Source of the DNA: an uncultured Chloroflexia bacterium
GTDB lineage: Bacteria; Chloroflexota; Limnocylindria; Limnocylindrales; CSP1-4
DNA: 64,000 bases
Direction: 5' to 3'
NCBI GenBank assembly: GCA_963707215.1
Contig: CAVPPB010000003.1
Coordinates: forward strand, 1,600,001 to 1,664,000
Part shown: positions 40,651-49,743 of the stretch, in pieces
How the letters are laid out: each line of letters begins with the position of its first letter
How positions within the stretch are numbered: position 1 is the stretch's first letter
Position numbers and translations under genes: made by a program
Notes under the pieces: generated by a model
Told to the model about the DNA's origin: nothing
Database searches by the model: none
What the model saw: the letters and a program-made list of their open reading frames with translations, nothing else

Positions 40651-40679
40651 TTGGCGAATGGCCCAGCGACAGGTAGAGT
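40651..40679 (+). promoter_or_regulatory. sigma70-type promoter
   Basis: TTGGCG-17 nt-TAGAGT. Confidence 0.6.
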
Positions 40680-40685
40680 ATCCCG

Positions 40686-40867
40686 CGGCGGATGCCACAA
40701 GTGTCCACCAAACGCTGCCCCAGCACCATGTGGCATGGGTAGGTAGGGTTAGGGTAGTCGGTGCAGCCGACGTGATAGATGCCCTTGGGGCGTGGCAGAA
40801 GGCCCGTCGAAAGACGGACGCACTTCACCGGGACAGCAACGGAGCGGCTCCTTCGGGAGCCGCTCCG
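40686..40867 (+). ncRNA. Candidate structured ncRNA or long leader of unknown family
   Basis: Five hairpins including GAAA and UUCG tetraloops, a G-rich single-stranded tract, an upstream promoter and no plausible CDS. Confidence 0.5.
40840..40867 (+). terminator. 12-bp UUCG-capped hairpin
   Basis: CGGAGCGGCTCC-TTCG-GGAGCCGCTCCG; only a weak U-tract follows. Confidence 0.6.
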
Positions 40868-40930
40868 ATGATTCACCGGCCGATCAGGCGCGGCACGCAA
40901 CCCACGGCAGCCTCGCGGCGTCTCCATGAC

Positions 40931-42232
40931 ATGAAGCGCGCGATCGCCACGTTGCTCTGCGTCCCGTTCATCGTCACCGCCTGCGCCTCGCCCGGCGCAT
41001 CGAGCCCCGGCACGACCCCCGGTCCCGACCCCGAGGGGATCGAGTTGGCCGCCCTCGAGGTCCCCCGGATCCTCGGCAGCGAGGACGACGCCCGGGCCGC
41101 CGGGGCCGCCATCGACGCGTTCGGGCTCGACCTCTACCGCCTCGTCGCCCGCCCGGACGAGAACGCCGTGCTGTCCCCGGCGAGCATCGCCATCGCCCTC
41201 TCGATGGCCCGGGCCGGCGCCCGCGGCACGACCGCCGAGCAGATGGACGCTGCGCTCTACGAGCTCGGCTCGGACGAGCACGCTGCCTGGATCAGCGCCC
41301 TCGACCAGGCCCTGGCCGAGCGGTCGGGCACCTTCGAGGACTTCGAGGGCAACGACCTCGAGGTGGCGCTCCGGATCGCCAACGCCCCGTTCGCCCAGCG
41401 CGACTACGCGCTCGAGGACGCCTTCCTCGAGGCGCTCGGCGGACGGTTCGGGGCCGGCCTGCGGCTGGTCGACTACCGGGCCGACCCTGAGGCAGCCCGC
41501 CGGGCCATCAACGCCTGGGTCGAGGAGCAGACCGAGGAGCGCATCCCCGAGCTGCTGGCCGCCGGCGACGTCGACACGCTGACCCGCCTGGTGCTCGTCA
41601 ACGCCATCTACCTCAAGGCCGCCTGGCTGACCCCCTTCGCCGAGGAGGCGACCGAGGACGGGACGTTCACCCGCCCGGACGGATCGACGGTGGAGGTCCC
41701 GCTCATGGCGGCCGGGATCGAGGCCACCTACGCCGCCGGCGACGGCTGGCAGGCGGTCGAGCTGCCCTACGTCGGCGGCTCGTTGGCGATGACGATCGTC
41801 GTCCCCGACGACCTGGCGGCCTTCGTCGCGGACCTCGACGCTGACCGGCTGGCGCTCATCACCGGTGGGCTGGAGGCGGCCCACGTTGATCTCGTGCTGC
41901 CGCGCTTCAGCCTCGAGACCCGGACGGAGCTCGGGGCGGTCCTGGCGGCGCTCGGGATGACCGACGCCTTCGACCCCGACCTGGCCGACTTCAGCGGCAT
42001 GACGGCCGAGGAGCGGCTCTTCATCTCGGCCGTCGTCCACCAGGCCGACATCGACGTCGACGAGGAGGGCACCGAGGCGGCGGCCGCCACGGCGGTGGTC
42101 ATGCGGGCGACGAGCCTGCCGGAGCGCCAGGTGGAGCTGCGCGTCGACCGACCGTTCCTGTTCGCCCTCCGCGACCTCCCCACCGGGACGGTCCTCTTCC
42201 TGGGCCAGGTCGTCGACCCGTCGTCCGAGTAG
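40931..42232 (+). CDS. Serpin family lipoprotein
   Basis: SPASI, INAWVEEQTEERI, NAIYLKAAW, hinge EEGTEAAAAT, DRPFLF; lipobox VTAC. Confidence 0.93.
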   Translation: MKRAIATLLCVPFIVTACASPGASSPGTTPGPDPEGIELAALEVPRILGSEDDARAAGAAIDAFGLDLYRLVARPDENAVLSPASIAIALSMARAGARGTTAEQMDAALYELGSDEHAAWISALDQALAERSGTFEDFEGNDLEVALRIANAPFAQRDYALEDAFLEALGGRFGAGLRLVDYRADPEAARRAINAWVEEQTEERIPELLAAGDVDTLTRLVLVNAIYLKAAWLTPFAEEATEDGTFTRPDGSTVEVPLMAAGIEATYAAGDGWQAVELPYVGGSLAMTIVVPDDLAAFVADLDADRLALITGGLEAAHVDLVLPRFSLETRTELGAVLAALGMTDAFDPDLADFSGMTAEERLFISAVVHQADIDVDEEGTEAAAATAVVMRATSLPERQVELRVDRPFLFALRDLPTGTVLFLGQVVDPSSE

Positions 42233-42256
42233 CGGCCGAGCCGCGCCCCGAGGCCC

Positions 42257-43657
42257 TCAGGGCCCGCCACAGACCTCCGCGACGGAGCAGTAGAGCACTG
42301 TCCCTCCCACGATCGCCGCGATGACCTCCATGGCCCGGATCTCGTCAGGGTCGCTGCTGGTGACGTCGCCCGACAGGATCGTGACGTCGCCCAGGGTGCC
42401 CGGTGCCAGGTGCCCTCGCCGGGCCTCGTCGCCGAGCGCCCAGGCGGCATCGAGCGTCACGGCCCGCAGGCCCTGCTCTGCCGTCAGCAGCTGGTCGCGG
42501 AGCCACTCCGGCGTCTCCGGCTGGGTCCGAGCGCGGCCGTCCATCCCGGCGGCGATCTGGTCGACGGGCCGGCCCTGGTCCACCGCCAGCACGAAGCCCT
42601 TGAACGTCCACGGCGCGTCGGTCGCCGAGGCGACGTGCAGCCCGGCGTCGACGAAGTCCCGCCAGCGCGCGACCCAGTCGATCTCGGCGTCGGGTTCGTC
42701 GCGCTCGAACTCGGGCCGGAAGGCATCACCCAGGATCCAGTCGCGGGCGCCGTCGAGGTGGATCACCGTGACGATGTCCATCGCGACCATCCGGGCCAGC
42801 TGCTCGTCGGTGACCTGGATAGCGTGCTCGATGCGGTGGTGGAGCGGGTTCGGTCCGGTCGGGCCGAGCGCCGCCTCGAGAGCGTCGAGCGCCAGGTCCA
42901 TGGCCGCCGCGCGCGCGCTGTGCATCGAGACCTGCCAGCCGGCGTCGTTCGCCCGGCCGATCGCATCCACGAGCTCCGCCGGCTCCCAGTTGATGGCTCC
43001 GCCCAGGCCGTGGTCGAGGTGGATCTTCAGGCCCTGGACGCGGAGATGGTCGTCGACCGCGCCGGGCGCGCGGTCCTCGTACCAGTCGCCGAGGAAGTCC
43101 TGCTCGAAGTTGAGGGCGAGATAGGCGTCGACCCGCAGCGGCAGGGCGCCCTCCGCGGCAAGGGACTCGAGCTCATCCAGGCGTTCCGGGTCGACCCACT
43201 GCTCGGAGATCGCGGTCCATCCACGGGTCGCGGCCGCGTCCATCGCCGCCGCCGGCGTGCCCAGGCCGAGATACCCACGGTCGCCGATCCAGTGGGCATG
43301 AGTGTCGATGAAGCCCGGGTAGGCCACGTTCTCGCCGATGTCGATGACCGGGGTGTCGTCACATGCACGCGCCGATACGTCATCGCGGGTGCCGACCGCC
43401 ACGACCGTTCCATCCTCGATGAGGACCGCCTCCGCGATGGGCGGCTCGTCCATCGTGACGATCCGGCCGACGACGACGAGATCGCGGGGCTCCGGGCCGA
43501 GGGCGCTCGTGGCGGCACCGGCAGTCTGGTCGTCGCACGCCGACGGGGATGGCGACGCCGAGGGGTCCGTGCCCGCCGGGCCGCAGCCGGCGACGAAGGC
43601 AAGCAGGATCGATATGGCCGAGAGCCGCGCCGGGCCACCGACCGGACTCGATCGCAT
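42257..43657 (-). CDS. Amidohydrolase_3 family lipoprotein
   Basis: PGFIDTHAH, HRIEHA, GHLAPGTLGD; lipobox VAGC. Confidence 0.85.
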   Translation of the reverse strand: MRSSPVGGPARLSAISILLAFVAGCGPAGTDPSASPSPSACDDQTAGAATSALGPEPRDLVVVGRIVTMDEPPIAEAVLIEDGTVVAVGTRDDVSARACDDTPVIDIGENVAYPGFIDTHAHWIGDRGYLGLGTPAAAMDAAATRGWTAISEQWVDPERLDELESLAAEGALPLRVDAYLALNFEQDFLGDWYEDRAPGAVDDHLRVQGLKIHLDHGLGGAINWEPAELVDAIGRANDAGWQVSMHSARAAAMDLALDALEAALGPTGPNPLHHRIEHAIQVTDEQLARMVAMDIVTVIHLDGARDWILGDAFRPEFERDEPDAEIDWVARWRDFVDAGLHVASATDAPWTFKGFVLAVDQGRPVDQIAAGMDGRARTQPETPEWLRDQLLTAEQGLRAVTLDAAWALGDEARRGHLAPGTLGDVTILSGDVTSSDPDEIRAMEVIAAIVGGTVLYCSVAEVCGGP

Positions 43658-43804
43658 CCGCGCCTTCCTCTCACCGCCGACACGGCCCATCGCGGACCCC
43701 TTGATGCAGTGATGACGCGTGCGGCCGCCGGTTCGTTCAGATCCCACGGTCGCCGGTCTCGACTGGATGCGCGAGCCCTCCGGTTGCGCGAGGCCGGTGT
43801 GGGT

Positions 43805-44911
43805 CTACGGCTGGTCCAGCGTGTCGAGGAGGGTCGCTTCGGCGGCGGCTCCGTCGGCCGAGCTCAGGTACTCGACATTCGGCGCGCCCTCGACCGGCCG
43901 CGTGAACCCGACGTCGGGGCCCTCGGCCTCCTCGACGTCCACGCGAGCGGCGCTGAACGTCCCGACCGGGTGGCCGGCGGCCACCATGGCGGCGAGGGGA
44001 TCCCACAGGTAGTAGGTGCCGTCCGTCATGAACGGGCTCGCGGCGAAGAGCTCTGCGAGCACCAGCGCGCCGGTGCCGGTCGCCTCCCGCTGGACGCGCT
44101 GGGCGAACTCCGGCGTGACGGGCGCCTGGTTCGTGCCGTCGAGGCTGACGAGGCGGACCGCGATCCCCGAGTCGATCACCCGCTGGGCCGCTGTCGGGTC
44201 GGCGTAGATGTTCCACTCCGCCACCTCGTTGTCGGGCGGCCCGCCGAAGCCAACGTTGCCCGGGACGAACACCGCTCCGCCCATCGCGTAGACGGACTCG
44301 AGCCGTCCGGCGAGATCGGGATGGCTGCCGAGCGCATCGGCCAGGTTGGTCAAGGGCCCGAGGGTCAGGACGCGCAGCCCGTCGGTCTGGTCGGCCGTCT
44401 GCGTGATGAGCTGCACGGCATCCCCGGCGAACGGCTGACGCGAGGTCGCGGGTAGCTCCAACCCGGAGCCGCCATCGACACTCTCCCGCCACGCATCCGG
44501 GAAGGCATGGTCACCGGCCATGGGCGTCTCGCGCCCACACGCGACGTCGATCGTCGGCGCCTCGAGGCGCTCGAGCAGCCGCAGGACGACGTCCACGCCG
44601 GGAGCACAGTGGGCCTCTCCGGTCCCGGAGATGGTGATGGCCCTGACCTTGACAGCTGGTGACGCCAGGAGGAAGGCGATCGCCACGAGGTCATCGGGCG
44701 CGACGTCCGTGTCCACGAGCAGCGGCCGCGCAGTCTCGTAGGCGGTCTCGGAAGGCGGCGCGGCCGGGCTCGGGATCGGGCCGATCGGCGGCGTCTCGCC
44801 CACCAGTGACGGTGCCCCTCCCGCCGGCGACAAGGACTCGGCGCCCGGAGCACAGGCGGCGGCGAGGGCGAGAAGGATGGCCGCGGTCGGGAGCAGTGCT
44901 CGAGGACGCAT
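43805..44911 (-). CDS. Nucleoside hydrolase (IU-NH family) lipoprotein
   Basis: VDTDVAPDD, LGPLTNLA, MGGA, AEWNIYADP, WDPLA; lipobox AAAC. Confidence 0.88.
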   Translation of the reverse strand: MRPRALLPTAAILLALAAACAPGAESLSPAGGAPSLVGETPPIGPIPSPAAPPSETAYETARPLLVDTDVAPDDLVAIAFLLASPAVKVRAITISGTGEAHCAPGVDVVLRLLERLEAPTIDVACGRETPMAGDHAFPDAWRESVDGGSGLELPATSRQPFAGDAVQLITQTADQTDGLRVLTLGPLTNLADALGSHPDLAGRLESVYAMGGAVFVPGNVGFGGPPDNEVAEWNIYADPTAAQRVIDSGIAVRLVSLDGTNQAPVTPEFAQRVQREATGTGALVLAELFAASPFMTDGTYYLWDPLAAMVAAGHPVGTFSAARVDVEEAEGPDVGFTRPVEGAPNVEYLSSADGAAAEATLLDTLDQP

Positions 44912-45078
44912 GGACGGCACTCCGTGCGGGGAAGGTCGCAGGCGGCCCGGCCGGGCCGCCTGCGATGGATCGGGGACGAGGATCGTTCTGGTCCATCGAC
45001 GAGAGCGGACCACTTCGGGCGGCTGAAGCGACCGTGCGCTCGACAGGCGACGCTTCGAGCCCTCGGCCCCCGCTGCGC

Positions 45079-46405
45079 TCAGGGCGCCAGGTCAGGCGGG
45101 GGCACCAGCACCCCGGACTCCACGGGCTGGAAGTTCGAAGGATCGATGTCGGCGAGATCGACCCCTCCGAGCCACCCGGCGCAGTCGGTTCCCGCCGCCT
45201 TGGGATCGGAGATCCAGATCCCGATCCGCTGGGGGGAGCCGTCCTTGACGATGACCGCCGACCAGTCGCCGGCACGCTCGCCTGAGACCGTGGTCTGCTC
45301 GGTCGTGCCGCTGAGGGCCCAGGTGTCGCCGTCCCGGGCGGCACACTCCAGCCGGACGGTGTGGGTGCCTGCCTCGAAGGTCGTGACGGCCGTGCCGGAC
45401 ACGCTCGCGCCATCGGCGACGGCGTCGACCTCCGTCGTGGCGGCGGCTCCATCGAGCTGGTACTCCACGGTGCCGCCGAGAGCGCTGCCGAACGTCGTCG
45501 ACTCGGCGATCGACCGCATCTCCTCGACGAGGTCCGCTGGAGTGTCGAGGCGGTACATCGCATCGATCACCAAGAAGGCGCCGTCGACGTCCACGATCCA
45601 GAGCGCATCGATCTGGCCTGGGCCCTGGTGGTAGCGCGCCAGGGCGATCCTCCCCGGTCGCGAAGCTGACGAACTCGCCCTCTTCGCACCCATCGGGCGC
45701 GGCGTCAGCCGGCACGTGGAGGGTGATCGACTGGCCCGCGTTGCCGTCGACCGTCACATCGACCGGCTCCGTGGCATCCCGTGATGCCTGCTCCGCGAGA
45801 GCGGCCGCGAACTCTTCGATCGTCGTGGCGGGAGTGGCCGGCCTGGTCGATGTCACCTGGCAGGGATCCCCTGTGCACGTAGAAGCTCGTACCGGCGGGA
45901 TATGCCCAGAGAAAGCCTCGTGGCCTCAGGCAGATTGTCCAGGCCTCGTCGTCCTTCACACGGGCTGAAGTCGCGGAAACGGTCCATCCGGGATCCGATG
46001 GTGACCGTGACCTGCACCGATCTTCGTCGGTGGAGACGACGACCGGGCCTTCGGGAAGGCCGGCTGCGAAGCCGACGGCGCGGCTGATGGCGCTCGCGTA
46101 GGGGCCGGCGCGGACGAGGGCGAGGGCGATGAAGCGCCACCGATTCCGTCGGGCGCTGGGGCACCCAGGAACTGGACGCCGACGACGAGGGCAACGGCCA
46201 CGCCGGCGGCGCCGAGGCCGATGGGGACGAACTTGTTCATGGTTCTCCGTAGTCTCTCTGGGAGCGTGCGCCAACCGCCCTGCTGCCTGGTCGCCCGCGT
46301 GCGTTCGAACGTCGCACGCAGGACGCGATCGGACAGCCGACCCGGGGCTTCCGCCTCGAGCCAATCGCTGATCCGTTCCTCGAGCTGGCGGTCGGTAGGC
46401 ATCAC
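45079..46405 (-). pseudogene. Putative membrane anti-sigma-like protein with extracellular domains, several frameshifts
   Basis: Overlaps the ECF stop; short cytoplasmic N-terminus, TM, Pro/Ser linker; continuation split over three or more frames. Confidence 0.6.
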
Positions 46406-46953
46406 GCAGTCCTGTCCTGGGCGACCGCCGGCTGCCGCGCGTCGGCCTCGAGCGCCGCACGCATCGCCTCGGTCGCGTAGTGAAGTCGTGATCTGGCGGT
46501 CCCCTCGGGGATGCCGAGCATCCGCGCGATCTCGGCCGACGAGAAGCCGCTGTAGTAGTGGAGGACGACCACCGCCCGTTGCTCGGGCTTCAGTCGACTG
46601 AATCCCCGCTCCAGCTGTTCGCGGTCAGCGACGGCACCGGTGTCATCGCCGACCGAGGTGTCGAGCGGCAGTGGCCGCACCTGGTTCGACCAGCGCCGCA
46701 GCTGTCGGCCCTGGTCTGCACAGGCGTTGACCACCAGGCGATAGAGCCAGGCGTCGAACCGATCCGGATCGCGCAGCGAGGGAAGCTGCCGCCACGCGCG
46801 AACCAGCGCTTCCTGCACCGCGTCCTCCGCCAGGTCGGACGACCGGAGGATCAGGCGAGCGACCGCGTACAGGCGATCGCCGGCGGAGGTCGCGAGGACT
46901 TCGAATGCCTCATGGTCTCCCTGGCGGGCCGCCTCTACGAGATCTCGCCTCAT
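46402..46953 (-). CDS. ECF RNA polymerase sigma factor
   Basis: AEDAVQEAL, FDAWLYR, EIARMLGIPEGTARSRLH. Confidence 0.93.
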   Translation of the reverse strand: MRRDLVEAARQGDHEAFEVLATSAGDRLYAVARLILRSSDLAEDAVQEALVRAWRQLPSLRDPDRFDAWLYRLVVNACADQGRQLRRWSNQVRPLPLDTSVGDDTGAVADREQLERGFSRLKPEQRAVVVLHYYSGFSSAEIARMLGIPEGTARSRLHYATEAMRAALEADARQPAVAQDRTA

Positions 46954-47211
46954 CCGTTCTCCATCACCAGCACGGTCCATCGTCGTCCCGTGTGCCAGTT
47001 ATGACGGGTGTGGCAAGTCAAGTCGTTCAATAACAGGCGGCACCAGCCGGGAGCGGGTCGCAGAATGCCATGGAGGCGATGGGCTCGGCCGCCGGATCCG
47101 TCGGCCTGCCGGACCGGTTCGATCGGACTCGTAGGGCCATACCGCCACGCCGGACACGCACGCGGGGCCGATGGCCGATCGCGCGCGCCGGGGTATCATC
47201 GGCCCGCACGC

Positions 47212-47287
47212 GCGCCTGTAGCTCAGCGGATAGAGCGTCGGCCTCCGGAGCCGAAGGTCGCAGGTTCGAATCCTGTCGGGCGCGCCA
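47212..47287 (+). tRNA. tRNA-Arg(CCG)
   Basis: Acceptor GCGCCTG/CGGGCGC, anticodon arm TCGGC-CTCCGGA-GCCGA, TTCGAAT, CCA; TATCAT -10 at 47194. Confidence 0.97.
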
Positions 47288-47690
47288 TTGCAACCTTTTC
47301 GGGCAGCGCCAACGCCAATCCGTGCGCGTAGGCCGACTGCGTCAGCCGGACAGCCACGATCTCGGGCCCGGCGCTCGTGATCCGGTCGTAGATGGCGTGC
47401 ATCAGGTCTGCCTTCTCCTTCGGTACATCTGCCTGCTGGATCGACGCGGCGAGGGCATGCAGCCACTCGATCGCTCGCTGCGCGGGGACGCCGGTATCCG
47501 CGCCGTCCGCGATCGCGCCCCGCGCCTGGCGGAGCGCCTTGAGCCGGGCGAGGTACGTGTCGTCGCCCAGGGTGCCCGCGGCGTGCTCGAGGGCGAGCTC
47601 GCGGATCCGCCGGTCGCACATGACGAGGGCGACGCCGGCGGGATGCAGGCCGTCCTCCAGGAGCTCGAGGGTCCGCCGGAGGTTGCGCTG
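47223..47690 (-). pseudogene. Internally deleted large serine recombinase remnant reading into the tRNA
   Basis: QRNLRRTLELLEDGLHPAGVALVMCD (resolvase-domain-like RN...GVAL) joined to a helical C-terminal part ending LPEKVAMARPTGFEP across the att core. Family call is by pattern recognition. Confidence 0.6.
47272..47293 (+). repeat. 22-bp att core, copy 1
   Basis: CCTGTCGGGCGCGCCATTGCAA, identical to 51525-51546. Confidence 0.92.
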
Positions 47691-47959
47691 CCCGTGCCCT
47701 CGTGGCGATGGCCGCTCGTCGTGTCCAGGAGGGTCGCCTGCAGGTTCTCGATGTCGGTGCCTGTCGCTCGCGGGCCGCGCTCGCGGGACCTGCGGCCGAC
47801 AGCGGCCACGCCCGCGCTCCGCTCAGCGTCGAGCGCGAGGCAAGAGTCCCGACGGAGCGCCCTCAAGGCAAACTCGATTGCGCTCCCGGGTTGGTGCGGC
47901 CGAAACGCGGCGGGGCGGGGCACACAGATGGCGTGCCCCGCCCCGCGATCGTGGTGCTG

Positions 47960-48580
47960 TCAGCCGGCCTGCTTGGCGGCCTCCTTGATGGACTTCGCGG
48001 AGGCGTCGGAGACGCCGGCGCTGCGGACCTTGGTGGCCGCCGGCATGGCCTTCTTGACCGCGTCGACATCGGACGCTTCGACGAGCGCGAGGATGCCGGA
48101 CTGGTTGGGCCCAAGGGCTCCGGCCAGGGCGCCGCCCACTTCGGACTTGTGGAGCTCGTTGCGGAGCTTGCCGAGCACGCCACCGACCGCACCCCAGGCG
48201 ACGGTGCTGGCGATGATGCTGGGCGGGAAGATGATGCCGAGCACGAGCCCGCCAACGGCGCCCCACTTGACGCCCGTCTTGGTGGCGTGGTCGGTCATCT
48301 TCTGGATGTGGACCTTGCTGTCCGCGTCGGTCTTGATGACAAGGACGCCGTCAACCGTGGCCTGGCCGGCCGTCTCCGCGTCCTGCAGGGCCTGGTACGC
48401 CGCCATGGCTGCCGTATCGTCGGCAAACGCCGCAACCACCACGGCGTAGTCGTAGTCGGTCACAACGGCACCGACCGCCTGAGCACCGGAGTCATCGCCG
48501 ATGGCGCCCACCACAGTGGCGCCGGTGTCGTCGGCCTCTGCGGCCACCACTGCGTCCTGAGCCCCCTGGTCGTCTGTCAT
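47960..48580 (-). CDS. DUF1269-like glycine-zipper membrane protein
   Basis: GVKWGAVGGLVLGIIFPP...GAVGGVLG, LGPNQSGILAL. Confidence 0.75.
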   Translation of the reverse strand: MTDDQGAQDAVVAAEADDTGATVVGAIGDDSGAQAVGAVVTDYDYAVVVAAFADDTAAMAAYQALQDAETAGQATVDGVLVIKTDADSKVHIQKMTDHATKTGVKWGAVGGLVLGIIFPPSIIASTVAWGAVGGVLGKLRNELHKSEVGGALAGALGPNQSGILALVEASDVDAVKKAMPAATKVRSAGVSDASAKSIKEAAKQAG

Positions 48581-48810
48581 AGGTGGTACCCCAATCTGCG
48601 TCCATTCCCGCGAAGACCGGGTGCGGACGCCCGACCCGGCCGAAGGACGGTACCCGATATCCCGCTGGGACGCGACCAATGGCACTGTTGCGACGATGAC
48701 CCTCGCCCGAGCGCAGCTCCGCGGTCCGCGCGAGCCCGATCAGCTGCGGGGTCCCGAGAGTGGCCCGGCGGCGGAACCCTTCCGCCGGTGAACCGAGAGC
48801 GGCAGCGCGC

Positions 48811-48895
48811 TCAGAGGTCCTCGACGTTCCCCAGGCCGATCGAGCGCATCTGGGAGAAGACCGCGGCCACGGCCATGTGGCGATCCTCGAACTGG
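48811..48895 (-). pseudogene. Orphan 3' gene fragment
   Basis: QFEDRHMAVAAVFSQMRSIGLGNVEDL* with genome-like codon usage and no 5' part. Confidence 0.3.
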
Positions 48896-48933
48896 CGTCA
48901 CAGTCCCACGGGCCCTCGTGCGAGCATCGCGGC

Positions 48934-49713
48934 GTGATCCACGACCCTCTCCAACGGGCAGCCCAAGGCCCGCTGACCATCCGGCTGATCCTTCACGAAG
49001 CCCTGGCCATGTTCCGCCTCGGCTACCTGCGGGTGGCCCTGGTGGCCCTGCTCCTGTTCGTGCCGCCCGCGGTCCTGGCCGTGCTGCTCGAGGGGATCAC
49101 GGAGGAGCAGCTGGACCTGCCATTCGGCGGCGGGGTGTTGCTCGCGATGGCGATCGGGGGCCTGTTCCGCCTGTTCGGCCCGGTCGTCTTCGCCGGCTAC
49201 CTCGACGAGGCTGTGGGCAGCGAGTACTTCAAGGGTCATCGCCAACGGCTGCCGGAAGTGCTGCGGTCGCTGCCCTGGGTCTCGCTCCTCGTGGCCGACG
49301 TGATCGTGGTCGTAGGGGCGTCCATCGGACTCGCGCTGATGGTGATCCCCGGGATCGCCTTCTACGCGGCCTTCGGGCTGATCGGTCCGGTCATGGTCCA
49401 GGAGCGTCGCGGGATCCTTCCGTCCTTCGGGCGCACGCTGCAGATCAGCCGGACCGCCGTGATCCCGGTCGTCCTCCTGGTCATCGTGCCGCTGGCGGCC
49501 GAGCAGGTGATCCACGAGGCCGCCTACCGCGCGGTGCACGAGGAGGCGGTCCTGGTCCGGATCCTCGCGGAATGGCTGGTCGCGGCCATCGTCGGTGGTG
49601 CCGTTGGCCTGCTGGAGGTTGCGCTCGCCACGGAGCTCATGGCGCGCAACCCGATGCCGGCGGTCCAGCCCGACTCGGCAGTCGCCGGCGCCGAGCGGGA
49701 GCGATCCGCCTAG
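48934..49713 (+). CDS. Hypothetical integral membrane protein
   Basis: About 6 hydrophobic segments; start uncertain. Confidence 0.7.
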   Translation: MIHDPLQRAAQGPLTIRLILHEALAMFRLGYLRVALVALLLFVPPAVLAVLLEGITEEQLDLPFGGGVLLAMAIGGLFRLFGPVVFAGYLDEAVGSEYFKGHRQRLPEVLRSLPWVSLLVADVIVVVGASIGLALMVIPGIAFYAAFGLIGPVMVQERRGILPSFGRTLQISRTAVIPVVLLVIVPLAAEQVIHEAAYRAVHEEAVLVRILAEWLVAAIVGGAVGLLEVALATELMARNPMPAVQPDSAVAGAERERSA

Positions 49714-49743
49714 CTCGCGAGGCCGGCGGATACCCGCCGCGGG

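Noticed and set aside
40793-40825. c-di-GMP-I riboswitch resemblance (CCGTCGAAAGACGG-ACGC)
   Set aside because: Lacks GGCAAAC before the stem, GCAAAG after it, and the tetraloop-receptor hairpin.
40658-40930. N-terminal extension of the serpin ORF
   Set aside because: The signal peptide begins at ATG40931; the extension covers the promoter and RNA hairpins.
46995-47035. ECF autoregulatory promoter TGAAC...CGTC (minus strand)
   Set aside because: The 18-nt spacer is long and alternative readings exist; not supportable without the sigma group consensus.
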